Shown: positions 9,875-19,091 of the stretch, piece after piece
How the letters are laid out: every line of letters begins with the position of its first letter
How positions within the stretch are numbered: position 1 is the stretch's first letter
DNA from: a virus
Length of the DNA stretch: 64,000 bases
Reading direction: 5' to 3' (one strand)
IMG/VR virus record: IMGVR_UViG_3300033141_001941
Span: 1 to 64,000 of that record
The notes under the pieces: model-generated
What the model was told of the DNA's origin: nothing
Database searches by the model: none
Seen by the model: the letters and a program-made list of their open reading frames with translations, nothing else
Position numbers and translations under genes: made by a program

Positions 9875-11988
9875 GGAACTACCTCATCATAGTAACCAAA
9901 GTTGAATAGTATCTCATCCTCATCAAGCAGATTACCAATCTTTATTTTATGGTCTCCAGAATCAGACGGAGCAATCAACTCTATTGCCCCATCTGTATCG
10001 TCAGAGCAATATACAGGCTTTCCCTCATCTGTCGCATCAGTAAATGACCAGGCGTCATTTCTGGCAACACCTAAACCTATACCTATATCAATTGCATTAC
10101 CTGCACCACCGGTGGTTTCCAAACAAATACCTATAGGCTGGTATGTATCATTGTCTGAATCAGTAGAATTGGCATTGTAAGCAAATGCTCTAGGCCCATC
10201 CACACTGTATTTCAGATATACTATATCCCACTGACTCAACGCTTCACCAGAATAAACAGACATAATTGAACCTTGCCACGAGTCATCACTACTAGGAGTC
10301 GGATCGTATTCTGTATTTGCCATCGTAACATCAAGCCCAGACATATCCCAACTCCCTGTAATAGGTAAATCGCTCGTAGTCAAAGCCTGAAACGACGGCG
10401 CTGTTGATGTTCCATCGGACCCGAGAAAAGTATTAGCAGCACCCAAAGCCAACTCTGTTATGTCTCCGTTTGTATCTGTATAGAAAACTCTCCATGCTGT
10501 ATTTCCGCTTGTTCCCAGCTTTCCATCAATCTGAGTCTGTATAGCAGAAGTAACACCATCAAGGTATCCAAACTCTGTTTTGTCCACACTGTTTACATCA
10601 AATGTAAGATCATTAAGAGTCACATCCGAAAAATCTATAGAGTCATCGTCAATGGTATCGTCTGCAATTTGTTCTCCATCTATTTGATAAGAACCATTAT
10701 CCCATCTGACTGTGTTACAGTAAAAACTTTTTGCAGTAATTGGCATAAGGTGCCACCGCCATCCGGAACCAGCACTAGCATTGGTAAGATCAATGACTAA
10801 CGGGGTGTCTTCTGTGTCCGATGAATCCTTCAATTGGAAGAACATAGCACTTGAGTAATTATTCAGTAACGCCATATCACCAACTGCTACAGTATGCCCA
10901 CTAGACGGCTCAGAATATATTTCAGCAAGCCCCGGTAAATCACCAGCAGGCCAAAAATCAATATTTATATGCTCTGCTGCACCAATATCAAATGAGGAAT
11001 CTCGTATGTAACCAAAATAGTCTGTAGTTATACCAGCAATGGTTGTTCCTGTATTTATACACGGACTGGTAGACAATAACCGAAACTCTTCCGCACTGGA
11101 TGGAGAATCAGACACGAAAAGTGGATTTGAATTTACCGCATGTGAGCCCTTAGAACAGCCGGATGCGTCTATTGAATTATTGTAGTAGCAGTTGTAATCT
11201 ATGTTTGGATCGTTCACTGTATCATCATCGTTTATTCCAACTGAGCATGTATCGAAGATTGTGTTTTTAATAGTAACTCCTGTTGAATCTGTACCGACGA
11301 ATAGAAGTATACCATCAAAACCATTATAGACCACACAGTTATAGATTTCAGCCGTCGGAGATTCATCTCCGTCATCATCAAAGAAGACAAAGTAGTACGT
11401 ACCGGTTGCTATAACATTGTAAATAAGAACGTTTAGGACATCTCCTATAATACATACAAATGTATCATCTTGGTTGGTATCTCTAACAAAGCAATTGTTA
11501 ACAATAATTCCGTTAAATTGCTCAAGACCCTCCAGATATATAGTAATCCAATGAGCAATATCCTGCCCATCGTCATCAAATGTTACGCTAGATATTTTGA
11601 GATGATCTCCGTCATCAGATGTATAAACACCATAATCGAGGCTGCTTCCACCAGCTTTTATAATTCCGTTAGTAATATGAACATAACTTACACCATCTTC
11701 CAAGACTAGCATATATGTACTATTGCTAGACAACGTATGTCCATTTAGATCCAACGTAACATACCCACCCGCTTCTGAGCCCTCGTCTCCAGTGCCCCAA
11801 GTTATCTGACTGTCTTCTACGACATCGCCGTCAAGTCGTATGGTATCTCCAGGTTCAAGGTCTTCACCGTCAAGACAAGCCTGAACGTCTGTATAATCAC
11901 ACCCGCCTGAACACACCGTATACGTCGCCCCGCTCGCTGATCCAGCCAGGAGCAAGAAGCATAGGGCAGTTAGTAAAAGTCTTTTCAT
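9871..11988 (-). CDS. Secreted right-handed beta-helix (pectate-lyase-fold) protein
   Basis: 705 aa with signal peptide MKRLLLTALCFLLLAGSASG/AT. It has repetitive N/D/G/I/V-rich rungs. NSNPLFVS ... SPCINTG ... FDIGAAEH is typical of the end of parallel beta-helix domains. An unassigned ~360-aa C-terminal region follows. Confidence 0.65.
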   Translation of the reverse strand: MKRLLLTALCFLLLAGSASGATYTVCSGGCDYTDVQACLDGEDLEPGDTIRLDGDVVEDSQITWGTGDEGSEAGGYVTLDLNGHTLSSNSTYMLVLEDGVSYVHITNGIIKAGGSSLDYGVYTSDDGDHLKISSVTFDDDGQDIAHWITIYLEGLEQFNGIIVNNCFVRDTNQDDTFVCIIGDVLNVLIYNVIATGTYYFVFFDDDGDESPTAEIYNCVVYNGFDGILLFVGTDSTGVTIKNTIFDTCSVGINDDDTVNDPNIDYNCYYNNSIDASGCSKGSHAVNSNPLFVSDSPSSAEEFRLLSTSPCINTGTTIAGITTDYFGYIRDSSFDIGAAEHINIDFWPAGDLPGLAEIYSEPSSGHTVAVGDMALLNNYSSAMFFQLKDSSDTEDTPLVIDLTNASAGSGWRWHLMPITAKSFYCNTVRWDNGSYQIDGEQIADDTIDDDSIDFSDVTLNDLTFDVNSVDKTEFGYLDGVTSAIQTQIDGKLGTSGNTAWRVFYTDTNGDITELALGAANTFLGSDGTSTAPSFQALTTSDLPITGSWDMSGLDVTMANTEYDPTPSSDDSWQGSIMSVYSGEALSQWDIVYLKYSVDGPRAFAYNANSTDSDNDTYQPIGICLETTGGAGNAIDIGIGLGVARNDAWSFTDATDEGKPVYCSDDTDGAIELIAPSDSGDHKIKIGNLLDEDEILFNFGYYDEVVP

Positions 11989-12101
11989 CTATCCATCTCC
12001 ATTGATACTGAAAGGTTTGTGGGCGGTGACGGTACAGTTGCCGCGCACCCAATAGAACAAACAACAAAAACAAAGACAGAAATAATCAGCAAACATCTCA
12101 T
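11985..12101 (-). CDS. Small lipoprotein candidate (38 aa, below the track cut-off)
   Basis: My translation is MRCLLIISVFVFVVCSIGCAATVPSPPTNLSVSMEMDR. It has a lipobox-like SIG/C. The stop overlaps the beta-helix gene start (ATGA). Confidence 0.35.
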   Translation of the reverse strand: MRCLLIISVFVFVVCSIGCAATVPSPPTNLSVSMEMDR

Positions 12102-12106
12102 AATAA

Positions 12107-13351
12107 CTACCCCACAGGCTCCAACTGCATCTCAATGTCCTTAACGTCACCGACTTTTGACAACTCATTCATGTACTTCTCATCTTGCGTGAAGTCCAAG
12201 CACTCAAAACCAGTCTTCTTCAAATCCTCAGACAACTGCTTAAGCACATTCACGCGGATATCAGGATTGACAGCAGGCATTATCGCTTTCAGATTGTCCA
12301 ACTGATGCCGCCCAAGCTGAAGCTTCGCCATAGCCAAAGAATACAAACAGTATGACAATGACTCCGGGGAGTTAGTAAAAGTAAACCCACCCTTCTTTCC
12401 GTCTTCCATACCGTTGTTACGTTTGTAGAAAGCCTCCAAATACTTCTCTCCACCACGCTCCACCATATCTACTCTACCAGCCCACACACCAAACTCAATT
12501 GCACAGATATTCAAATCCATGTCGTCCGGGGCGTGGTCCAGTCCAGCCATCAGATATTTCTCCGCTCGTTCCTTGTCACGCAGTATAAACGCACTCTTGA
12601 ACAGCGTGTAATAAACAGTCTGATTAAACCGCTTCAGCTCATCCTTGTGCTTCAAATATTCTTCACCAGCCCAAATGCTACGTTCATGATCGTCTCGCAA
12701 GTTGTATGCCTGATTCATATAGAAATACACTTCGTAATCATTCGGATTGTCGGCCAACTCGGCTTTCAGCAACGTCATTATGCGCTTAAACTTACGCTCA
12801 CTCGCCTCCGGATCAAGATCGTACCCATAATGCTTCACATACGCATGGGGATAGTGAACCGCCTTACCACTAAAATGCGGCTTATTATGCACACGACGCC
12901 TGTATTCGATGTTCCCACGTCTAAACATGCGAACAGGTTTGTAACTCATCACACACCGGTTGTGTTGTATATCCTCAGCATCAAACGACACAGCACCAAC
13001 ATCATCCCCAACCAACTCCAAATCCTGCCGCACCACGGAAGCGTTGTACCCCTTGCGGTAACACAGCTCGGCATCAGCGTCGATGATGAACACCCACTTT
13101 TTGGTTGCGTATCCAATCGACTGATTCCTATGTAGCGAAAAATCATTCTCCCACGGATGCTCATATACCTTCGCACCAAACGACTTTGCAATCTCTACAG
13201 TCTTATCAGAAGATCCAGTGTCAACGATCACAAGCTCATCTGCAAAACCGTTGAGTGACTCCAAACACCTTGAAAGATTTTTCTCTTCATCTTTTACTAT
13301 CATACAAACCGAAATCCCAAATTCTACATCCTTTACTTCACCTTTGCTCAT
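12107..13351 (-). CDS. Family-2 glycosyltransferase fused to a TPR-like C-terminal region
   Basis: VCMIVKDEEKNLSRCLESL...LVIVDTGSSDKTVEIA...FIIDADAEL is a classical GT2 N-terminal signature. The C-terminal half is helical and repeat-like. Confidence 0.8.
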   Translation of the reverse strand: MSKGEVKDVEFGISVCMIVKDEEKNLSRCLESLNGFADELVIVDTGSSDKTVEIAKSFGAKVYEHPWENDFSLHRNQSIGYATKKWVFIIDADAELCYRKGYNASVVRQDLELVGDDVGAVSFDAEDIQHNRCVMSYKPVRMFRRGNIEYRRRVHNKPHFSGKAVHYPHAYVKHYGYDLDPEASERKFKRIMTLLKAELADNPNDYEVYFYMNQAYNLRDDHERSIWAGEEYLKHKDELKRFNQTVYYTLFKSAFILRDKERAEKYLMAGLDHAPDDMDLNICAIEFGVWAGRVDMVERGGEKYLEAFYKRNNGMEDGKKGGFTFTNSPESLSYCLYSLAMAKLQLGRHQLDNLKAIMPAVNPDIRVNVLKQLSEDLKKTGFECLDFTQDEKYMNELSKVGDVKDIEMQLEPVG

Positions 13352-13366
13352 AATACCTCCCTCCCG

Positions 13367-13789
13367 TTATTCTCCAACAAATGTATTAAACGGAGCACGA
13401 ACTTGCACATGATAGAAAGTTGTGTCAGCCTCCGGACCGATATCATCTGTAGTCACCTCCCTAAAAATCACTCCAGATCCGACAGTCTTCTTCCTAAACA
13501 CAGTCTCCGCGCCGCTCGCATATTGTAAAGCAGTTCTGTGACCGCTATTCTTTGTGACAAAAATATCCAAAAACAAAACACCATATCGAATATCAACACC
13601 CGAAGCAAACTTCTCACCCTCAAACGTGCTACCATACTTTATCGTCACCCGCATGAAGCTACTTTTACCAGTGGGGTCAAAATCTCTGTTAGGCCACGCT
13701 ACATCATTTATGCTCCAAGACGAATTTATAGTAGCTAACGAACTAGTAACACGACTAACAATAGCATCCCTTATCTGAACAGGTGTCAT
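13367..13789 (-). CDS. Tail terminator (gpU-like / DUF4128-like)
   Basis: 140 aa with ...VAWPNRDFDPTGKSSFMRVTI..., as in tail terminator families. It follows the gp10-like gene. Confidence 0.5.
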   Translation of the reverse strand: MTPVQIRDAIVSRVTSSLATINSSWSINDVAWPNRDFDPTGKSSFMRVTIKYGSTFEGEKFASGVDIRYGVLFLDIFVTKNSGHRTALQYASGAETVFRKKTVGSGVIFREVTTDDIGPEADTTFYHVQVRAPFNTFVGE

Positions 13790-13798
13790 AACTACTTA

Positions 13799-14317
13799 TC
13801 ACCACCCTAACTTTGAAAAGTTATCTTCCAAATGCCTAGCAAACTCAGCCAACGATACGGAAACCATACCAGCCGGGGCCTGCCTGGAATGCCCATTTTC
13901 CAATACCTCAATATACTCCACGTTATTGTAGATAATCACCTCATCACCGATTATTTCATACATAAACCCCTGAATCTTTTTATTAACCTCTTCCATACCA
14001 CGTGCTGACTCACCTCGACCCCGATCGTTGAATCCTTTAGGAGCCAAATCCCCCTTATTGGCATTCGATATGCCCCATGACGCCCTAGCACGTCCTGTAT
14101 CAACCGGCGTGCGTTGCACTATTCGTTTATACAAATCCAAACACGTCTTACGTATAACTGCTTCAACACCACCAGAAGTAAACGCAGCCAATCGCTCCAA
14201 AGCAGCAGAAAAGCGTCGAGCACTCTTCCCAACGTTGTCGAAACCAACATCCCGTAGCTTCGCCTTAGAGTACTTTCTCAAGTAAGTCAAAGCGGCTGCA
14301 TCATCTTCAAGTGGCAT
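13799..14317 (-). CDS. HK97 gp10-like tail-completion / neck protein
   Basis: 172 aa. ...VEYIEVLENGHSRQAPAGMV... resembles the HK97 gp10 family. Confidence 0.55.
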   Translation of the reverse strand: MPLEDDAAALTYLRKYSKAKLRDVGFDNVGKSARRFSAALERLAAFTSGGVEAVIRKTCLDLYKRIVQRTPVDTGRARASWGISNANKGDLAPKGFNDRGRGESARGMEEVNKKIQGFMYEIIGDEVIIYNNVEYIEVLENGHSRQAPAGMVSVSLAEFARHLEDNFSKLGW

Positions 14318-14328
14318 TGATAACCTTC

Positions 14329-14700
14329 CTAACCGGCCCGTCTAATCTGCGCCTTATAAATGATCGGATCATTAGACGGCGCAATAGGCCCCGCGTTTAC
14401 TACATTCCATTCCTCCGAGTCTATTACAACTTTGTCTCCAACCTGAACAGTAAACGACAACCCATATGACGAAAATATGACCTTCTGATCACCAACTTTG
14501 ATACGCGTGCCGTCTACAAAACGATGCGAATATTGAACAAGCACACCATACGTAGAATCAGTAGTCCATGAGGACTGACTATAAGAATCACTCGCGGGAG
14601 TGTACGTACCAGGAGTAAACCGCTTCAAAGTAATCTGAACACCCGCATCCTTGATGCTATTGTAAGCACCTAAAGAATCGGACGAGTAATCTGCACTCAT
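14329..14700 (-). CDS. Head-closure / head-tail joining protein
   Basis: 123 aa with beta-rich composition. The call rests on position between the adaptor and the gp10-like gene. Confidence 0.45.
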   Translation of the reverse strand: MSADYSSDSLGAYNSIKDAGVQITLKRFTPGTYTPASDSYSQSSWTTDSTYGVLVQYSHRFVDGTRIKVGDQKVIFSSYGLSFTVQVGDKVVIDSEEWNVVNAGPIAPSNDPIIYKAQIRRAG

Positions 14701-14703
14701 GTG

Positions 14704-15210
14704 TTATGCCCTCTTAACAGTTCTACTTACGCCGAAGTTCACATAATCGGCTAAAAGCTTCCTTACCTGAATAAACTTCTTAGTAGGAGACGCACCCGGG
14801 AAATACTCCGTTTCCAAAACATCTACTTTCTTGCGCTTCACAGCTCCGCCCCTGTCCAGATCGGGCAGCAGAGTTCCGGAAGACAACAACTCCCTTTTTG
14901 CAAGCTCCATCTGCGCTGCCTTAACCTTCTCAGGAACAACATCCTCAGCAACCAACCACCCACTTCTCGTAGTGACTTCAATACGCGGCCAGCACATGCC
15001 CTGAGAGTAGTTGTGCGTCCTCCCCTTCCAGACAAGGCCGTTTAGATAATCAGCAGCAGACAACAACGCAGCGGTAATCTGCTCCTCCGTATACGTCCCA
15101 TCGGTCATGGTCGTATCTCTGTCTTCCCAGTATGTCTCCCAATCGTCGATATCAACCAGTGTGTTAGCCGTACTTGTAGCAAGACTTCCTGTCTCTTTTA
15201 CTAATGACAT
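14704..15210 (-). CDS. Head-tail adaptor (gp6-like / DnaT_2-like)
   Basis: 168 aa. ...ITAALLSAADYLNGLVWKGRTHNYSQGMCWPR... matches the pattern I associate with this adaptor family. Confidence 0.55.
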   Translation of the reverse strand: MSLVKETGSLATSTANTLVDIDDWETYWEDRDTTMTDGTYTEEQITAALLSAADYLNGLVWKGRTHNYSQGMCWPRIEVTTRSGWLVAEDVVPEKVKAAQMELAKRELLSSGTLLPDLDRGGAVKRKKVDVLETEYFPGASPTKKFIQVRKLLADYVNFGVSRTVKRA

Positions 15211-15223
15211 GCAATCACTCCCT

Positions 15224-15559
15224 TTACGCCGTAACTACAAGATTCTTAACACCAAAGTCTAAGTATAGCTCCAATTGGGCATCAGAATCCGTTACGACCT
15301 GCATTTTTATTCTATACTTATGACCGTGCGTTCCCTTCTGAATCCAAGGACGAACAAGAGTAGTTGTAAACGTACACTTGTTTTGATCCAAAACGTCGGT
15401 AGCTCGCGTGGCAGATGTCGCGCCGCTCGTAATATCCCAACCGGTAAATGTCACATTGCTAATCTGCTCAGTGCCAAGCCATGTAGCAAGACTTATGGAA
15501 GCAAAATACTCATCAAACACGGCCTTCTTTTCTGATATCTTAAATTTTCTGGTAGCCAT
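15224..15559 (-). CDS. Hypothetical structural-module protein
   Basis: 111-aa ORF, co-oriented and closely packed. No motif recognised. Confidence 0.5.
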   Translation of the reverse strand: MATRKFKISEKKAVFDEYFASISLATWLGTEQISNVTFTGWDITSGATSATRATDVLDQNKCTFTTTLVRPWIQKGTHGHKYRIKMQVVTDSDAQLELYLDFGVKNLVVTA

Positions 15560-15574
15560 CGTACCACGCTCCCT

Positions 15575-15934
15575 TTACACATACAGATTGTCAAAATTCT
15601 TATCTGTCACAAGCACCCTCCCGTCAGAAAAAACCCACACTCTGTAGCGGTTAGTAACTATACAATTCACATACTCCTTCAATCCCGTTCCTGGCTTCAG
15701 GAACCCACGGGCGAATCGCTTTATGAACAACTCGCCCGCGTTTCTATTTATGAAGATATTGTGCTGTGGAAGTATCGCCACCAGCGGGACCAGCGATACC
15801 CGCACAACGCGTTCAGGGTCCAACTTCTTCCATGTGTTTTCCCGCCCGTCTTCCTCATACTGTCTGAGGACATTACCGTCGTCCGTCTCCATCTCCCACA
15901 TATAAAGCTGACTCTTATTCATGATCCACAACAC
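15575..15934 (-). CDS. Hypothetical structural-module protein
   Basis: 119-aa ORF. No motif recognised. Confidence 0.5.
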   Translation of the reverse strand: MLWIMNKSQLYMWEMETDDGNVLRQYEEDGRENTWKKLDPERVVRVSLVPLVAILPQHNIFINRNAGELFIKRFARGFLKPGTGLKEYVNCIVTNRYRVWVFSDGRVLVTDKNFDNLYV

Positions 15935-15954
15935 CTCATCATTAAACCAATATT

Positions 15955-16449
15955 CTACGTCTCGTCATAAGAGAACGTCAACCGCTCAGTAGCCAACGAT
16001 CCAGGCCGAGCACTATTATGCACTCGCATCTGCAACCGCAGGAACTTACCAATATACCCCGTGTTCTTAAACGTCGCTGTAGTAGCAGCCAAAGTACACG
16101 GAGAAGCAGACGAATAGTTCCACAAATCCGTCGCACCGGTGGCCCTAATATTGGCACAAGCATTTGCCGCCCATGCGGATTGTTTATCTGTGTAAACTTC
16201 TACACTTGCCCAAGACGACGCCGCATCCGGGTAACACTTGATGTTGCTGATATCCACACTTGGAGATTGTGTAATCCGCAAGCGTAGCTGTTTTGTATAG
16301 CTATAGAACCAATCAGACGTAGGAATCTGTAGCCTATTGCTAGTGTCAACACTTTGCTCATCCGCGCTCTTAAACCTAACAGTACCACTCGTCTTATCCG
16401 TACCAGCAGACGCGCCAGTCATTTCAAAAATCTTAACAGTAGCAGACAT
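15955..16449 (-). CDS. Hypothetical beta-rich protein (possible decoration/fibre accessory)
   Basis: 164-aa, Ser/Thr/Ala-rich ORF directly downstream of the repeat protein. Confidence 0.5.
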   Translation of the reverse strand: MSATVKIFEMTGASAGTDKTSGTVRFKSADEQSVDTSNRLQIPTSDWFYSYTKQLRLRITQSPSVDISNIKCYPDAASSWASVEVYTDKQSAWAANACANIRATGATDLWNYSSASPCTLAATTATFKNTGYIGKFLRLQMRVHNSARPGSLATERLTFSYDET

Positions 16450-16496
16450 ACTCTAAACACCTCCTATCTATGAAAGCAAAAGTAAACACAACACGT

Positions 16497-19091
16497 CTAC
16501 TGCACAGAGAAAGCCTGCCTAGTCAGGCTGCTACTGAATGCACTACGTTGCTGCTCACATGAGAAGTTTTTTCCCATTAGCTCCGACGAAAACGCCGCAG
16601 CCGACAGATCACTAGAAAAAGTGTATCTTGACACAGCCTCAGCAAGCGCCGAATAGATAATCGCATCCATCAGCGATGTAGACGTTACCTCCCCGCGAAG
16701 CAACGAGTCCATGTCAACACTTCTTGTGAGTTTGTATGCAACAATAGAATCCAACGTAGCAAAACTGACCTGCCCCTTCATCAGAACAGCGTCAAGCCAA
16801 ACGGCCTGTGTTTCACTTACGGAAATAAGAGCGTCCAGCTCAGTAGAAATAGACCTAAACGTATCCCGGTATAAAATCGCGTCTAACACAGAATGCGCCG
16901 ATCGTAACCTATAAACATAAGCATCCAACAACACATCCGATGTATCGGCCCGTTTCACCAAAGCATCAAGAAGCGTGTGCTGTAAGACAAACCGACCTAA
17001 AATAGCATGAAGCAAACAATTCTTTACCACTCCCATCCTTGTAAGAATTCCGTCAACAGTAGAATACTTACTAACGGTACCAAGTAAAACAGCATCCAAC
17101 ACAGCCATACGCTGATTCACGCTCTGTAAAACCGCGTCCAACGTCAGATTAACACTACCCCTAACTGACAGTACAGCGTCAAGCTTAGCAATCAGCGTTT
17201 TATCAAACTCCTTCACCAGCGCGTCAACTGTGGTGTTTGCAACAACTACACCATGTACTAAAGCATCCAATACGGTTCGCTTCAATACGTATTTAGCAAT
17301 CACAGCGTCAACAGTAGTCTGCTTTGTCACATCCTTCTCAGACAACAGAGCGTCAGCTACAGTAGTCTTAATCTGCGATTTCCGCAACAAGGCGTCTACA
17401 TCCAAAGTCGATACCACACCAGCTTGTTGCACCAATCCGTCTATAACTGACAGCAAAGTAGTATCCTTTGCTGATACCAATGCGTCAACAACTGCACTCT
17501 CAGAAACACCGGATTTATTCACCAAGGAGTCAACCGAAACAGAAGTCTCTATTCCCAATGAACTCAAGAACGCATCCAATGAAAGATTCTTTGACCCAAC
17601 AACCGCCAGATAACCATCTATCAGCGTGCTGATTGTCTGCGAATCCTTATTAACAAGTGCATCGAGTAGCGTTTTACTGGACACATGTTTACTAATAAAA
17701 GCATCAAGCTGACAATTCTTAAAAAACACATGAGTGAGCAACGCATCCAAGTCAGTTTTGCCGCCGATTATCGTTTTACTTATAAGCGAATCCAAAGACG
17801 TGTGAATCGGAATAGTCCTATTAAGCAGTGCGTCAAGATCGGTCTTACCACCAATAATAGTTTTGCTTATGAGTGAATCCAAAGACGTATGAAGCTTTGA
17901 AACACCAGTCCATGTATCAGTTCTCCATACAACTTTATCAATATAGACCCGTGTCGTGCTGGAGCCCGTGCATCCTATGATTCCGGTGCGGACCTTGCGA
18001 GGCGTCCTGGTCGCACCCGTGATGCTCCCATTACCGACGGACGTGCCGTCAAGCCTAAGCTCCCAGGCCTCGCCGTCGATGTCGTACTTGTACTCGAACT
18101 CATACCAGCCTTGAAGGCTTAGTGTCTGCCCCGTAACTTTGGCTGCGAGGCTCCCGTCATAGCAATAGAAGTCGTATTTAAGCGTACCGGAGTCGTCATA
18201 GATCCTGATATATGCTGCTACGTTGTCACTTGAATCGAGGACCTGGAGAGTCTTGAATTCTTCTGTGTCTGCAAGCCCCACAAAATCTACATATAAATAC
18301 TGATGCAAATAACTTGTTGGAGCGCTAACCCGTGCGCGTTCGATACTAGCGTTAGTATCACCTGGTAGTACTTCAAATCTGGAACACTCGGTCCCTTCCG
18401 GTGGCGTCGGGCTTGTTGCGTCGTGGTATATTCTGAGTGAGTTTTCAGTTGTTGCCCAACGGAAAGCGTCGAAGTAGACTTTGGTTGTGCTGGAGCCGGT
18501 ATGCTCGTTGACCATCATATAACACTGATCTGGGGAGGCTCCAGTAGAGTAGCCAGAAGCAGAAATTGTTATAACTTTTGTGTAAACTCCGTTATCGCAA
18601 GACCATATATCCACAGACGCAGAAGTGGCGTCATATGAACACTTACAGAAATACCAAGTGTCCTCAGCAACGTTATTCGTCCAGCTACCAACAATTAACC
18701 CACCATCGTGATAGTGATCCATACGGACCTGTAAGTTCCCCGCGCCATCACTATCTTTTATATAAACACGGTGTCGTACACTTGTATCATTTGCTTGAAA
18801 CAACTTGAAATAGTTTCCTGACCCAAGCCCCTCAGTTTCTATATAGAAATAAAAGCTCCAGTAGTTTGTTGCCCTTGGTGTGCCTAATGAAACAGTACAG
18901 CGTGCATTTGCGTAATTGTCTGTTGCGTCGGCTACTGTGCATGATATGCAATAATCGCCCATACCTGGGGGCGGGCTTCCAGGCACGGATTCGTTCCACA
19001 CAACATCGCAGTTGGTATCAACGACCTCGCCCCAATTCGTAGGCGGACTATCCGTCCCGCTCTCGAAATATTGCTCATGGATCAGACTCAT
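16497..19091 (-). CDS. Giant virion-associated protein: two LamG/jelly-roll-like modules plus ~29 x 14-15-aa repeat shaft
   Basis: 864 aa. The first ~215 aa are paralogous to the N-terminus of the upstream 1522-aa ORF (MSLIHEQ[YN]FESGTDSPPT.W...VDTNCDVVWNES.PG.PPPG). Residues ~400-815 carry the periodic [LV]D[AS][LVI][LVI] motif. Confidence 0.6.
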   Translation of the reverse strand: MSLIHEQYFESGTDSPPTNWGEVVDTNCDVVWNESVPGSPPPGMGDYCISCTVADATDNYANARCTVSLGTPRATNYWSFYFYIETEGLGSGNYFKLFQANDTSVRHRVYIKDSDGAGNLQVRMDHYHDGGLIVGSWTNNVAEDTWYFCKCSYDATSASVDIWSCDNGVYTKVITISASGYSTGASPDQCYMMVNEHTGSSTTKVYFDAFRWATTENSLRIYHDATSPTPPEGTECSRFEVLPGDTNASIERARVSAPTSYLHQYLYVDFVGLADTEEFKTLQVLDSSDNVAAYIRIYDDSGTLKYDFYCYDGSLAAKVTGQTLSLQGWYEFEYKYDIDGEAWELRLDGTSVGNGSITGATRTPRKVRTGIIGCTGSSTTRVYIDKVVWRTDTWTGVSKLHTSLDSLISKTIIGGKTDLDALLNRTIPIHTSLDSLISKTIIGGKTDLDALLTHVFFKNCQLDAFISKHVSSKTLLDALVNKDSQTISTLIDGYLAVVGSKNLSLDAFLSSLGIETSVSVDSLVNKSGVSESAVVDALVSAKDTTLLSVIDGLVQQAGVVSTLDVDALLRKSQIKTTVADALLSEKDVTKQTTVDAVIAKYVLKRTVLDALVHGVVVANTTVDALVKEFDKTLIAKLDAVLSVRGSVNLTLDAVLQSVNQRMAVLDAVLLGTVSKYSTVDGILTRMGVVKNCLLHAILGRFVLQHTLLDALVKRADTSDVLLDAYVYRLRSAHSVLDAILYRDTFRSISTELDALISVSETQAVWLDAVLMKGQVSFATLDSIVAYKLTRSVDMDSLLRGEVTSTSLMDAIIYSALAEAVSRYTFSSDLSAAAFSSELMGKNFSCEQQRSAFSSSLTRQAFSVQ
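16647..17894 (-). repeat. Protein-level tandem repeat, period 14-15 aa (about 29 units), motif x(9-10)-[LVI]-D-[AS]-[LVI]-[LVI]
   Basis: By hand count the motif Asp falls at residues 405,420,434,449,463,477,492,506,521,536,551,566,580,595,609,623,638,652,666,680,(695 His),709,723,737,753,767,781,795,809. Two units are identical at protein level (TSLDSLISKTIIGGKTDLDALL x2) but differ at many synonymous sites. Confidence 0.8.

Noticed and set aside
16647-17894. CRISPR array or DNA-level tandem repeat
   Set aside because: The periodicity is at protein level (42-45 nt units with diverged nucleotide sequence, and no spacer/repeat alternation). It lies inside a long ORF. No CRISPR-like array was seen anywhere in the window.
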